A DNA stretch of 64,000 nt, taken from contig MU004232.1 of NCBI GenBank assembly GCA_010405405.1, positions 329,481 to 393,480 on the forward strand, given 5' to 3'. Source of the DNA: Microthyrium microscopicum (lineage: Eukaryota). Under the pieces are notes generated by a model that was not told where the DNA came from, did no database searches, and saw only the letters and a program-made list of their open reading frames with translations. Positions 1 through 13,100 of this stretch are shown here, piece by piece (position 1 is the first letter of the stretch; each line of letters opens with the position of its first letter). The position numbers were made by a program, and so were the translations under genes.

Positions 1-359
1 TCCCGAGTGCGGCAAGAAATTTCGCAGCCTTAGCATGGTAACAATTGGAGATGCATTGGATGAGAGACCCTTAGGATGCCAACTCTCAGCACTCGCTAAT
101 TATATATAAGTCATGACTATCCCAGCGTAGCGGTATCTTGCACAACCTTTGATGGGCTCCAACAGCGCATCGGTTGAGAGCCCGTTGGGTCCCATAAACG
201 GGCACTTGTCGAACCGCATAAATACCTTCATTTCCCCCGACCCAGCAGAGCTTTCTGCCAACCCTTTACGTCGCCAACTCTAGACATCTGCGACTCAGGA
301 TGGACGCCAGCAACGGCGCACGTAATACTGACTCATCTCGTGCGTACACATGAAATCAC

Positions 360-790
360 CTGGCAGCCAATCCAGGATTCCCATTCTTTTCAAAACCTCA
401 TGGTCCGTCCATATGGGCCACTTGGAAATTTTGCTTCCTAAATGGGAGTCAAGGTAAAGTAAAAAATTGTCCGTGAAGCTAATATTACACGCAGAAAAGT
501 CACAATGGCCAATCCCCAGCGCTGTATCTTTACAAAACGGCCTGATGGGCCACTTGAAAAATCTCTCACCCCGATCGGGAATCAAGGGAGAGCTCCAAAG
601 TGACCGCCCGCCCAATATTACACGCAGAAAACCCACGATAGCCAATCCGCACCCCTCTATCATTTCAAAACCACATGGCCCGTTCATATGGGCCACTTGG
701 AAAATCTGTCGTCCCAAACGGGAACCGGCCTCATCCATAATTACACGCAGAAAAGCCACGATAGCCAATCTCATGCCCAATTTCATTACA
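360..790. repeat. Degenerate tandem repeat, about 3.3 units of roughly 123-143 bp
   Basis: Exact 15-mer ATTACACGCAGAAAA at 484, 617 and 740; ATGGGCCACTTG at 413, 545 and 688; GCCAATC at 366, 508, 641 and 764; the segments between them are divergent. Confidence 0.85.
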
Positions 791-2758
791 TATCTGTGCT
801 TTCCCGTGATATAACAGAGCATTGAGCAACTGCTAGTGAATTGCGTGCTCAGCACGGTGTTTGCACGGTGTGCTGGAGGCCAGAGGCCGATGCAGAGTTG
901 GTGACTGAAGGCTGGTGGGTCGTGCGGTTCTGATGGGTATAAAGACTGTCGTTCGCTCTGACTTTGGGGATCTTCCTTTCTCCATCACTTCATTGTCTCT
1001 TGGGATTCCGAGATGGGATGCGCCAATTTTAGGCTTGTTTCTTTGGGTTGTCTCCGTTGAGTGGGACTTATCTTTTTTGTTTGATTCTTTGAGCTGTCTC
1101 CGTTGAGTGAGACTCGCCAGCAACAACTCCCAAACCTGGTGGTCATCAGTCTTCTCTCTGTCGAGGCTTGCATACCAGTGCCCTCCAAAGATCTGCCGAA
1201 AACAAACTCGCGGAGTTGTAGGGCTGGGGCCGGTCCGTAAGTCTTGTTTCTCACTCGTCTTCTCATACCGTTCATGTCTAATTCGTCGTGACTTAGTTGG
1301 TCAACCCAAAACTGGCAGGTGCCATCGCCAAAGTGCTCTCTCTCGAATCCAGGTGGACAGCTGAGGTCGGTTTGTAAGTATAGCAGCTTCATATCATCAT
1401 ACCATTGTTCCATATTCTAACTCGTCGTAGTCGATCATGCCATCGAGCGGGAACCACAAGCATTGTCGACTTCTGTCAGCTCTATCGCGCTACAACGATC
1501 TTCAGGCGTCCTGGAAGATCCCGCCTGACCCTAGAAGTCCTGGTTATGTCCAAGGGTGCAATTCCGACACGGACTTGAACTCCGTCAGGTCTGTCGGTGG
1601 GCTGGTCTGTCGGCAGCTCGAGTCACCTGTCAAGAGCTTGGAATGGCAATACAAGATCTCGGACTAGTCGACCAGGATCTCTCCTGGAACTTCTTCTGAC
1701 CGACTGCGGAAGGTCTTGAGATCCGATGTCTTATGATATACCCCCAGGACGGGGGGTTGCTGTGCTCCGGATCAGAGGATACTCAACCTGCGAAAGAACT
1801 TGGCCACTGCCACCAACTAGCAACAACCGTCAGGACTTGGTCTTGCTCGATCACGAAGATCCGGTCATGAAGTTCAGGATTCGTTCTGCTGAGTTCGACT
1901 TCCGAATTGTGGCTAAAAGGGTCAAGGACTGGCGCTGTCCGGTTGGCGCTTCAATTCCAACCAGCAAACTTATCGTTAAGGAATGCGGGATGTCTGTTGT
2001 GTTTCTCAATCCACCAGAAACGGCGAGATGCGAGTCCTAGGAGCGGGCTGTCGGAATCCCCGTCTGGTAGAAACAAATGGTAGGATGGTTGAAGGCCTAC
2101 GAGTTTTACTCGAAATGGTAGAGAAATCCATTAAGGAAAAGCAGCGCCAGGTAAGCAATTCTCTTCTAGCTACACAAAGCCCCGATTTCCCTGCTATTTT
2201 TCCTCGCTGGCCTTTTGTACTTGATTTTTTTAGTCACATAATTAACAATTGTCGTAGATAGAGGAGATCATTGAGCCTATGCTTGCAGATCACGGTCGGC
2301 AGATCTTAGACCTGAGAAAAAGGTTCGAAATGGACTATCTCTGAATCCTCCAGGTCCACAAAGCCCTCCAGGAACACCTCCTCGCGCCACTGCTACTACC
2401 AACACGGATCACCAAGCGGATGGATCATGGGGTTCGTAAGGCCCTCGCGTCGCCGCATGTAGCCCGTCAAGCCAGCTCGGCATACCATAACTAACCATCA
2501 GATCTGCCCCGCTTGGCTAAAAATCATCAGACAAATATACCTTATGGTGATAATTTATGGTTGGCCGCCGTAATCCTGCCGCCACTCCCGCAATCCCTTC
2601 ACCAATGGCGCGATCTCCGGCGAAAATGGGTCACAAAACACAATCTAGCGATCGAGTCAACAAACGATCTCGTGGTAAACGTGGTCCGTCCGCAGACCCA
2701 TGGTCCAGCGACATGAACCGCTCGTTTAAGCTACGCCCAGTGTGAGGCAGTTTGATGG

Positions 2759-4871
2759 ATGAAGACGACGGAATCTATGCTAATAAGAATCAGAGAGTAT
2801 CGACGGTCCCCTCATCTCGCCAAGGCCAGCCGGCAACACAGCTATGCAGAGGTAGTCGAAATCTCCTCCTCGAGCGAAGATGATACCAACCAGGAAGGAG
2901 AATACGATGAGGACGTGGAAATGTCCGATGGGAAAGATGAGGAGGAAGAAGCAGAAGAGGGGGAGGATGCTATCACAAATATACAGCACGTCGATGAGCT
3001 CCTTGCAAACTCGAGTACTTCCATGGATAGCGACATCAAGGCTTACATCGAACGTCGTCTGCTGGAGACCCACGGCACACTCCTCGAAGATACCCATTCG
3101 CTCTTTTGATCGTGCCCCCTGTCCGTCAGGTACAACAGCTCGCACATCTCTCCCTTACCAACTCCGCCACGAGGCAAAAAGAAAACGAGCAAAGCATTTC
3201 CTTACAACGTTCAGATGGTACCACCCAGCAATTCAGGCTCCCTCTCCTCCGGCCTGTCGAAACATCCGGAATTTGTGAACACACTTGATATGTTCCTGCT
3301 TTCCACACCAGGCCGTGCTATCATAAATCCATGACCACAATGTCTTAGGAGACAACCCAGCTCTGGGCCAGCACAAGTTCCACCCGTTTCGTTCGCCTTC
3401 TTTCAAAAGCAAAGATGGACCATCCAGGATTCGGGAAATTCCGTCGAAGCCAATAAAAGAAGCTGAGCAAGAGGATCAAGCTTGAGCAGCTTGTCGCTAT
3501 CCCCAAGACATCTAAATTCGACATCAGCCACAAAAGATGCCACTCTCGTGAAGCTTGCGGAGTTATACAAGGGCCTAGACGCTGTAATCGTATAGCTAGT
3601 CCTTTCGATTTTCAATCACTTCCCGGATCTCCCACAAGCTGAGAAAGATGAGCTCTTTACTAAAGCGCTCTCTAATTCATTGGGCGTTTTCACTGGTTGG
3701 CCTGATTACCCTATCAACCTAAAGCGTTGTGACATTCTTAAGCACGACCCGGCCTTCTAATATGCCTAGGCCAACACTGCCAAAAATCCTAGCAATGCCA
3801 CTAGTCTTCTCAAGTTCTCTGTAAGCCTTTATTCCTCCCGCTGAACTGATCTATGAATTAGTATACTGATGGATTTTTAGCCTTTCCATCGATTCAGTTG
3901 GGACAAAGATGGAGTACATGTCCGTTCCGTTAGCCGCCCATCCCTCCTCTATAGGCCACTTGATATCGCCGGTATTGACCCTGCATGGGCCAACAAATCA
4001 TGGAATATGCTATCCCTAATACATTGAGAACTTCGAAGGCAGGTGGACTGGTGTTGCAGTTTGCCTATTCCAACATTCTGGGGTGTGCCCTAGGACGCAG
4101 GCTCTCGCGTCGTGGTGTCAATACAAACATTCCGGCCAACACTGGTTCTAGGGACTTGGGGTCGTCTTTCAACATGACCCAAGAAGAATGTAGGATGTGG
4201 ACGGTTCGTCGACTTGTGGTTCTCAAAACGCACCGACAACCTATTAGGAAATGGCCTCGAGTGGCAAGTCGCCTACCCCAACCAACACTGGTCTCTCTTC
4301 GGTCCACCCTGTCGTGATGCCTATGGATCAGCAACAGTGTCAGCAACCATAGGAACGGCGCGTTGTCTTCCCGATACATTGAAATCTGCGCATAGGATAT
4401 GCCCGGCTTCGTGGAATTGACGTTCCTCAAATTTTGGAGACAAGTCTTAGGGTGTGGACTTGTGTGTCGGCTTGCCTATCTAAAATGGCAAAACAATTCA
4501 ATAGGTGTGAGCAGTTCTGTGTGAGTGATCCCGAAGACTGCTCCTCGCGGTGTAGGTCGTGGACTCTTTTCGGGGTGCGTCAACTCAATGACGCCTGCTC
4601 AAATTGCAGGAGCGGATGTGTTGGGCTCGTGGCAATCCCAAGCCCGGAATTCCGACCGAGCAGTCCAACCAAGATAGGATTGGAGAGCTGGTTGGATGAG
4701 CGATCGCAGGAAATTCAGTCAAGCCCGAGACGAATACAGGGGAGCGAGATGCCTTGGGAAGACGATTGCGAACTCAGTGATACCGTCGCTAGGAGAAAGC
4801 TTAGGAAATCACTCAACACAATGAGGAAAGAAGCAACTTCAGGATTGGAAGACTGTCGGGTTTTCAGATAG
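2759..4871 (+). pseudogene. Disrupted multi-exon gene of unknown family (acidic N-terminal part, Cys-rich distal part)
   Basis: A protein-like frame (KDATLVKLAELYKGLDAVIV*LVLSIFNHFPDLPQAEKDELF...DPAF*YA*ANTAK) is broken by TAG/TAA at about 3593, 3758 and 3767 and by frameshifts. Intron-like GTAAGC...CTGAT...TAG at 3821-3880. Boundaries are uncertain. Confidence 0.45.
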
Positions 4872-5180
4872 GTCCCAGGATGATTTCAGGGAATTGACAA
4901 CCAATTATATATATCACATAGTTAGCACGCAACTTGGACGTCCAAAAAAGTATTGGTTATGATTTACCGCAGGCCACCGCTCAGCCTGCCATGTAGAGAG
5001 AGAAAAATGAAGAAAAAGTCTATACCTAAACAAATGTACAGCAACAAGAACCCGTGAAGAGAAAGAACACCCTAGTTTTATAACCTCGTCCGTGATCTAT
5101 CGCCTGCTTCGGGGAGATGGTGTGAGATGGGAAAGGGGTTGAGGATCGATGATTTGATGTATGGTGTCAATGTAGGTGAT

Positions 5181-6439
5181 TTAGTGTTTGGCGGTGACCT
5201 TGTCGCCAGTGACCTTCTCGACGGCTTCCTTTGCACTGCGAATCGTTAGTACTGTATTGAACAGCTCAAGAGCGTAGAACTTACATATCGCCTAGAGCAA
5301 CCATGCAGACTGTCTGCCACATTCCAAGACCAATACGTGGCGTGACACCACGATACAAGCCCTTGAGACCGTTGGACTGATAAATATATTTGGCGGTGTT
5401 TGCCACCGTCATCTTCTTGGGCCGATTAGGATCGTCCTTCTTGCTCTGCATCTCCACACGAATAACCTCGATAGGCTGATTCCACGCCGATGAAGCACCA
5501 CCTATCGTCGAGGCCAAAATCTTCTCACCAACACTCAACCCCTGGTTTTCACTCTTGCCAGTGAATGATTTTATGCCGTTTTCAGCTACACGGGACATAC
5601 CGAAACGGGTTCCCCAGTTGGTGACCTGGCGAATGGCCACGGCGTTGACACCCTTGTTGATACCGGCGATACCTTCGGCTCGGTAAATACCCATGAATGT
5701 CTCAATGGTACCGGGTACTTTGACACCGGAGGCGGCGGCCTTGTGCTTTGTGATTTCGACGGTCTTCATGCAGGTACAGAAACCCATGGTGGCATAGGCT
5801 TGAGCGAGACCTCCCATCATACCACCAGAGATGCCAGCAACGAAGTTGGAGGCGCCAAAGGTTTTGGCATAGTATTCAGCCTCAGAGGCAACGAAAAGGA
5901 GAACGGCGCCCTTGGTGGATGCTTCTATCCAGGCCTACGAGTTTATTAGATTCGATCAAGAGGTGGGTTACTTTTCGTTCTGGCCTTACCCATGGAATCA
6001 AACCCTGGTAAACTAAGGGATGTTAGATATGTGAAGTCGATGTGTGTATGAAAGACTTACAGCCAAAGACACCACCACGGCCCCAGACTCGGCTTATCGA
6101 GCCTGCCATACCATCACCTCTGTTTGCTGCCATCGTGGTCTTGACGACCTCTAGGGGCTGAAATATAACAGGTTAGAACCTTATCAGCCTTGGTGTGAGA
6201 ATAGTAATCGTACCTGACCGAGCGTAGAAACCCTTCACAGACCATCCATTAGCTATTATATTGATGAGAGAAAGGCATTCCGAACGTACTCGAACATGTT
6301 TAGACCAGATCCAACTACATGACAAAAGGTTAGCTCCAGTTACAGTGGTGTCGCGAGCTTTGAGCTCTAGAATTAACCTACGCAGCAGATTGCTGAACTT
6401 GATCGGTTTCTTCTCGATTGTTTGGGGCGCTTCAGCCAT
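5181..6439 (-). CDS. YHM2: Mitochondrial carrier, citrate/2-oxoglutarate carrier Yhm2 type (7 exons)
   Basis: Spliced protein MAEAPQTIEKKPIKFSNLL..GLNMFEVSTLGQPLEVVKTTMAANR...; carrier signature PIEVIRVEMQ; GLYRGVTPRIGL. Canonical introns, with a 19-nt micro-exon at 6214-6232 and a 23-nt exon near 5990-6012. Stop TAA at 5181-5183. Confidence 0.93.
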
Positions 6440-7355
6440 TTCGACGGTTGTAGAGGCAGATATTATAGGTTGTTAGGTAAAAGGGGGCCTGACCAAGGCA
6501 GATAGTGAAGATTAGATGGAGAAAATAAGAAGATCAAGAGGTGCGAGGCTAGCTAGTAAGCTACGGTGTGAGATGGAGTGGTTGAATGCTCGTTAGATAA
6601 GGAGTTGGGGTGGATGTCGACGAGACAATGATCAGAGCTGGGAGGAAGATAGAGTCCTACAGAAAACCGGAGCAAGCAGAGCAAGAAGAGAAGGATGAGA
6701 TTGGAGTGATCACGAAAGCCAAAAAAAAGGTGAAGCTGTTTCAATCTAAAAGGGCAATCCGAGATGGATGCAGCTGTGTCTAGGGTTAGCTCAAGCCTCG
6801 AGAGCTGATCGGAACCCCCTGTCAAGTCCCGATTGGTCAATTGGCTCTATAGATTTATACAGAAACTCCGAACCGGAATCGAAAATAATGTAGCTTCCGA
6901 CGCTGATTGTAGCTGACCGCTATTCTTACTTACCTCGTCTTTGCTAAAATGGCTCTCTTTCTTTTTCAAAGATTTTAAATGTGCGTGTAATATGAACTGG
7001 GAGTACTCGTTTTGATCGATGAAAAGCTTAGAGTAGAGTGCACTTGCTCCCCACGCTTGTACTTGAATTTGACCGAGGCATCGAGCTTTTTTCACACTCT
7101 TCCAAGGTTCTTTTGATTAGTGCCGTACTTCTAGACTGCTATTCTAGAACACGCAAGAATAGAGTAGAGCGACGAGAAACTGGGAAGGATAGAGTGCTCT
7201 GATTTGTGCCGCCTCCTTATGTGGCTGGTGCTACATTACACCGCCACATATCCACGTTTCGCATATCCAACTTCACTTCCCCCTTTTCTAATCATCAATC
7301 TGCTCTTAATCCTTATACAAGATTCCCTTTAGCGGCAGGCTCGGGTTCGTGTCAA

Positions 7356-8240
7356 ATGACTTTACCAGAATTTCCAGGACAAAGGCCTTGAGCACCACAA
7401 TAGACGCCATAAGTCCTGTCGCCGTTGATGTCTACCGCTTCCCTGATCTCAGCTCCTTTGGAAAACATCAGCTCATCTGTCGACATCTTTCTCCGAAAAG
7501 TCACTCCACGATGCCGAGATCGCCATGCCAAACCTGCCACTGGGTGGCACCTTCTTGAGTGTATTGCCGTTTTCCTCAGGTACAACACTTTGGACCTTCT
7601 TGCCATTTTCTTCTGTCCATTTCCAGGTTGGCTTCTTACCAATACTAAACTCGTCTTTGAGCATATGTCCACCGACGAGGTCCTGTTCGATGGTGCGGCT
7701 CTCAGCTTGAAAGCGTACAATAACCATTCTGTGTCCTGAAAGACAGCGACGCCAGCCATGAGACACATTTTCTTTGCTAGCATGTCCAGCTTCAACGAGT
7801 TCGTAGTACGACTTTTGAGAAATGTAGTAATCGCCATTTCTGCGCTGCAGGCAATGGATGTGAAGAGTTCGAATGTCGATGGGTGTGTCTGCCACGTCGC
7901 ATCACTTTTTAACTGTGTAAGGCATCCACCACTTTTCGACGTCATGCTTCTCGAGATCAGTCACGGGCAACATGTTGAGAATTTGCGTCAGCCTGAAGCT
8001 CTGGGTCCTAGTCAGGAGGCTGAAGAACTTTCAGATCTTAGTGCTGTTCGTCGGTGGCCGCTCGAGCAAAAGATAAAAGGGGACATATCACTGGCTTTCT
8101 ACGCCACGATATCCTACTGTCTTAAGTGCTTCGTAGGTCTTAAAGCCAATCTGGATGAGTCAGACTTCTCGCGAAGCATCGAGGAATCGCGATTGGCACC
8201 ACTCCAAGATGAAAGAAATGCTTTACTCGGTCCAGCCTAG
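7356..8240 (+). pseudogene. Probable pseudogene of an unknown protein of about 290 aa
   Basis: ATG 7356 and ORFs 7425-7739 and 7758-8240 are all in one frame, interrupted by four in-frame stops (MTLPEFPGQRP*APQ*TP*VLSPLMST...HSVS*KTATPAMRH). Each stop is one transition away from a sense codon. Confidence 0.5.
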
Positions 8241-8411
8241 TTGCCAATGTTGTGTTGACTCGTTGAGTATTATCCGAAATAGTCATACATCCACATCAAG
8301 TGGCTCATTTGAAACATACAATTCCAAAACGACATCTAAACCGTCGTTTTGACCGGTTCGTCTCGGTCCTCCATTTGAGCTCGCGAAATGCTTTTCCTGC
8401 CAGGCTGCTCA

Positions 8412-9596
8412 TTAATGCCGCCTCCTTCTTGGTATATTTCGGCTAGCATTACTTCCTCTTCGGCTCCGTCGTGCCATGCGGTCGCACTCGTCCGGGTCAA
8501 CCTCAAGCGCGGAGGAGACGTACACACGAAGGGTATACCACTCGTCTCGTGTGAGATATGGGTCAGCTTGCTGCATAACCTCGAGGTAGATCTCTTCCTC
8601 GTTAAGTTCGTAGTCTGCTTGCAGCAGTCCTTGAGGAACATCGGAACTCTCACTGAAGAGGCCTAGTAGGGCAAATATTTTGTCCCGTTGATCTGAACAT
8701 TCAGAGTCTGTGAAACGGACGAGCAATGTGGCGAGGCTTCTGAAAAATCCCTGCTCTCGACGCTGATCTCTTTCGTACCGCTCTTGAACCACCAAGGTCA
8801 TGGAGTAATTCCTATTGTAATGATACATCGAGCCCGGGTTGGCTGAAGGTGGGAATAATTCCTGAATCGATTCCCAATGTAGATATCGACGACCTGCAGC
8901 TATGACAAGCGTGTGCGCTAGAACGAATTCTTGCACGATCCACATTCGCGACCAGTAACTTGCATAAATGAGATTCTCCATTTGCCAGGGTGGATTTGTC
9001 CATTCTTCAGCCTCCATAGCGAGTCTCACAGGGTCGGTAGTTTCAATATACTGTAGGCTGCTCTCGCACTCTGTGCCCAGCCAGACCAAACAAAAGTTTG
9101 CGCATGTATAGATGTCGCGCATCATGGCCACTTGTTTGTTACGCTCAGGTATATAATCTTGGTTAATACAGATAGCATCTATCCAGAAGTACTTCCATCT
9201 GTCGGGGGCTTTGTCGAGTGGGAGTGTCGAGGTCATCGATTGATCGATACCGTTCTCCTCCAGTATACGCTTTGATCGAATGATCCGCATTTTGATACTA
9301 TCTAGTGCAGAGCGCAGGTTTTCGCGAATCTCCATCGGTGCTCCATTGATACGTATTTCATGTTGTGCGTATGGTGAGCCCCAGGTATAAGAGAGAGCAA
9401 TGAAGTCTGGAAGCTCGGGATCATCCAAATCGAACACCCTGAGACCACAAGCCAAGACCGCTCCAGATTGTTGCCGGAATGACAGAAGTCTTATTTGACG
9501 TGTATCGGGATCCAGTGGTATGTGTATTGATGTTCCTGAGGATCGTGAGGATCTCGAAGAGGCAGATGAATGTGAAGCATATCCTATCATCGCCAT
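8412..9596 (-). CDS. HET-domain (heterokaryon incompatibility, PF06985-type) protein
   Basis: Motifs IRLL, FIALSYTWG, FWIDAICINQ, ERNKQVAMMRDIY, YWSRMWIVQE, CSDQRDKIFALLG; single exon, 394 aa. Confidence 0.95.
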   Translation of the reverse strand: MAMIGYASHSSASSRSSRSSGTSIHIPLDPDTRQIRLLSFRQQSGAVLACGLRVFDLDDPELPDFIALSYTWGSPYAQHEIRINGAPMEIRENLRSALDSIKMRIIRSKRILEENGIDQSMTSTLPLDKAPDRWKYFWIDAICINQDYIPERNKQVAMMRDIYTCANFCLVWLGTECESSLQYIETTDPVRLAMEAEEWTNPPWQMENLIYASYWSRMWIVQEFVLAHTLVIAAGRRYLHWESIQELFPPSANPGSMYHYNRNYSMTLVVQERYERDQRREQGFFRSLATLLVRFTDSECSDQRDKIFALLGLFSESSDVPQGLLQADYELNEEEIYLEVMQQADPYLTRDEWYTLRVYVSSALEVDPDECDRMARRSRRGSNASRNIPRRRRH

Positions 9597-10170
9597 CGAA
9601 AATATGGTCGAGCTGGTACGTCAACAATGACCCTTGCACGTCGTCGATACATTAGGCCTTGCAATATCTGTTTGTTTCAACTGGAGAGTTGGAGTCGTGC
9701 GCTCATGGACTGTGATGTAAGATGGCAGAATTGGACGGTCACAGAAAATGTGGGATGTGCTTGACAGCTTTTGCAGGTGCCCCATTACGAGTCGAAGGAA
9801 TTAGGCCGTTTTTGCGAGGCTCAGAGTGTCTTACTAACTTTAATTTTACCGTATCGCAGCCTAGTGAAGATTGGATTCGTTCTGAGCTGGCAGTATATAA
9901 GCCGACCATTTCTCAATACAAAAGTACATGCCATCTAGCATGCTTTCCACCAATACCTTAGGTAGACATGATCCGCTCCAATCTATTCTATAGAGAACTT
10001 TACTTGTTATTCCTCAAAGGGGTAAATTGACCACGTATGCTCTCATCGTTGCTTAGCCCAAAGGTCTTGAAATACAAGCCCCAAAATTTGAAATAGACTT
10101 CAAGAGCTCGCTACTGATGTACTTGAATTGAATCATATCCTATTACCGTACATTTGAGGCCTACCAATAT

Positions 10171-13100
10171 TTACCTCAGAGCTGTGCATTTTATTACTGC
10201 CAGTTCACCGTTGTTGGGTATCAATAATGTTCCGTTGGCGAGCAACGTGCACAGCTTCAGACAATCCACATTCCACCAATCTTTTGGGAGGAAATAGTAC
10301 TCTTTAACCTCTTCCTTCTCCACGCTCGGCCCAAGCTTGTATGAGCATAGCCAGTAGTCCTTGTCCAAGAAGATGAAACCTTGCACCGGTAAGATTCCCA
10401 GCGGAAGCTCAACTCGCTTCTGTACCTCCACTGGAACATCATGTGCAATAATGGATGATGTTGCACTCGTAGTGGGAAGATCAAAGAAAGAAGTCACCTC
10501 TTCGCTCAGGTCTTCCAGCTTTTTCTGATAGTTTATCACGATCTGTAATGTCCGAGGAAGGCTTAGGACACGGTCGATTATCATAGACGAAGTCAATGTG
10601 GAGGATCCGTCAGTTCGTGTTGTTGTTGATTGTTGCAAGTCGTCCCATTTGTAGAAAGATACACCTTTGACATCCAGAGCCATGAGGAGACTTGAATTCG
10701 AGGGATGCTCGATCCATGCTGTGTTAGACACTTCAATCGAATGACTCCTTACAGGTTGACTGTGCGTGTGAAATACCATAGCCTCTGGACCATTTTGAAC
10801 GAAGAGAATACTGCCATCGTCATTCAGCATGATTTTTCTGATGCCCTCTTCTCGCAATGTCAACCGTTGTTCAAATTCCTGGGACGCGGTCCAGGTAAGA
10901 TCTTGTTCTTGTTGCACCTTTTTAACCACCACTCTGCCGGCCAACCCAGCACAAGCTAGATAGTCTCCATCTCCTGACCAGTTCAAGTGCCCAATCGAAA
11001 GTTGAACCGGCGACTTCCATAGTTCAATAGTCTCGTGCTCTTCTTCGAGGGAATCAACCATGCTTACGACCCCTTTTTCGTTTCCAACAGCTTGATAGCG
11101 ACCTTGGATTTGAATTCCTATTGCAGTGATCTGGTCCCGGACCTCCGATGAAGATTTTGACATGGCACGAGTTGTGATAGTGGCTAAATCACTTTTAACA
11201 TCACTGTCCTGTTCAATTCCGCCATCCACTCGTAACAGAGCGTTTGGTTCCCATACATTACAGTGATGTCCCCTAACGTCAAAGAGACGCTTGCCATCAG
11301 GGCTGAAACATATGTTGTTGATCAGACCCTCCACCGAGAGGTGATAGATTTGGGTGAAGTGCTCGTAATTGAATATTTTGAGAGCACCATGCCTATCGCC
11401 GGTGGCAAAGAAGCTGCCGTCCAAACTGCATGTTATGTATCTCGCTTCGGCGTCTAGTTCTTGTTGAACATGATCAAAAGGGTTCCATCGGAAGACTTCT
11501 CCTCCCATGTAGATACCGAGTATCTCCTTCCCGTTCGGGTGCCATAGGACCTCATCAACAACGGTCCAAGAGTTACCTGCAAAACTTTTGTTTCTCATAT
11601 TCCGGCCAATAAGCTCAGGTGGATCCAGGGAGAAGACGGATAAGGGATAAGCACGATATGCTACTGCCATATAAGCGGCGTCTGGAGTAAAGGCAACTCG
11701 CCACGGGACCTTGTGTACTGGCCTATCCAGAGCGATCTCATCTTTCAATAGATGGGGGTGCAGAACTTCCCATTTCGGGTCTGATGCGTTTAGGTTGGCG
11801 GACCTGATCAACCGGTCATCTGATCCGGCGATCACTTCTGTATCGTCTTTCGCGAAGATGAGGTTTAGTGCTTTACTGCCTCTTGGGTTTTGGATTTTCT
11901 TTACGACTTTGCCGAGCTTGATGTCCCAGACTTTAGTAGTCCGAAAGCCATAGGTTGCTAAACTTTTGAAGGATGAACTAAAACACACTGCGCAAACACG
12001 TTCCGTATGTGCGAATGTTTTCAGTTTTTCGAAAGTGGTGGCGCTGTAGAGTACAACTTGACCTACACCAGTCAAGACTGCGATGTTTTCTGGGGAACAG
12101 AGTACAGTGAGAGCTTGAGACTCTGGACCAAGAGACAGACGAGCGAGACTGTCATCCCATTGTTCTTTCGATAGCCCTTTCACGCTAAGAGAATATGGTT
12201 GGACGTTGTGATGCTCAAACCAGCGATACATGGTAGTATTTCGGGGACAAAAAGGCGGTATCTGGTTGTAGATAGTAGATGGCCTAGCAAGGAGATTGTC
12301 ACCGAACTTGCCGAGAAGCTTCAGTAAATCTATTGCCCACGACTCGACATCATCAAGTTCTTGCCACCGGTGCTGCATTGGATTTGTCTCGGAATAGCGG
12401 ATTCGTTTGGCTCTTGCAAGTCTAGACAAGCTCTTAGATGCCGATACGAGAATGCGTAGGAGGTTATTTGATGCCAAAGCTGTGATCCAAGAGAGAACCG
12501 AGTATCCTCGCAAGAACTCAGAAAGAGCCAGTAAAGTGGTTTCTGATTCGACGCTTGTACGGTCAAGATGGTAAGGCCAAGAAGTCGCAGCGTAAATCAT
12601 AAATGATCTATCGTCAACTGGGCGTGTCGTTGTTCCAGAGGGTCCTGATTCACGCCGAGCATATCTTGTTTCCAGAACCGAAAGACATTTCTTGAACAGC
12701 CTCTCGTGTCCGTCAGCTTGGTTGACGGCTAGTACGGATTGCATCTCTAGGACATGATCGCGAGCAGTTTGATGAACCATTACAAGATGATCGGTGGCAT
12801 CCGCTATTACAAACTGCCCACAAACTCGATTAATCGTCAGTTTTGCGTCCATCACAAGATTATGATCTGGTTGTAATGCTTGCACCAATTCACCAAGACT
12901 CAGCGGTCGCCTTGAGCATACGGCCCAAGTCAAAATCTCTTGACCTAGTCTCTGGTCTCTCGGTCTCTTGAGGGACTCCAATAAAGTGTCTTCCATCCGT
13001 TGGTAAAATTCTGTAAGTTCTGTTGGCATAGATTCAAGGGTCTCGTCAAGATCTTCTTGTGTGTTGCATTCCCTGACCTCATCGAAGGCAAGTCTTGCCC

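Noticed and set aside
360..790. CRISPR-like array
   Set aside because: Eukaryotic context, no cas genes, two different conserved blocks per unit and irregular spacing.
10171..12200. High-identity, hypervariable WD40 repeat array as in HET-E
   Set aside because: The WD repeats are highly divergent and show no DNA-level tandem identity.
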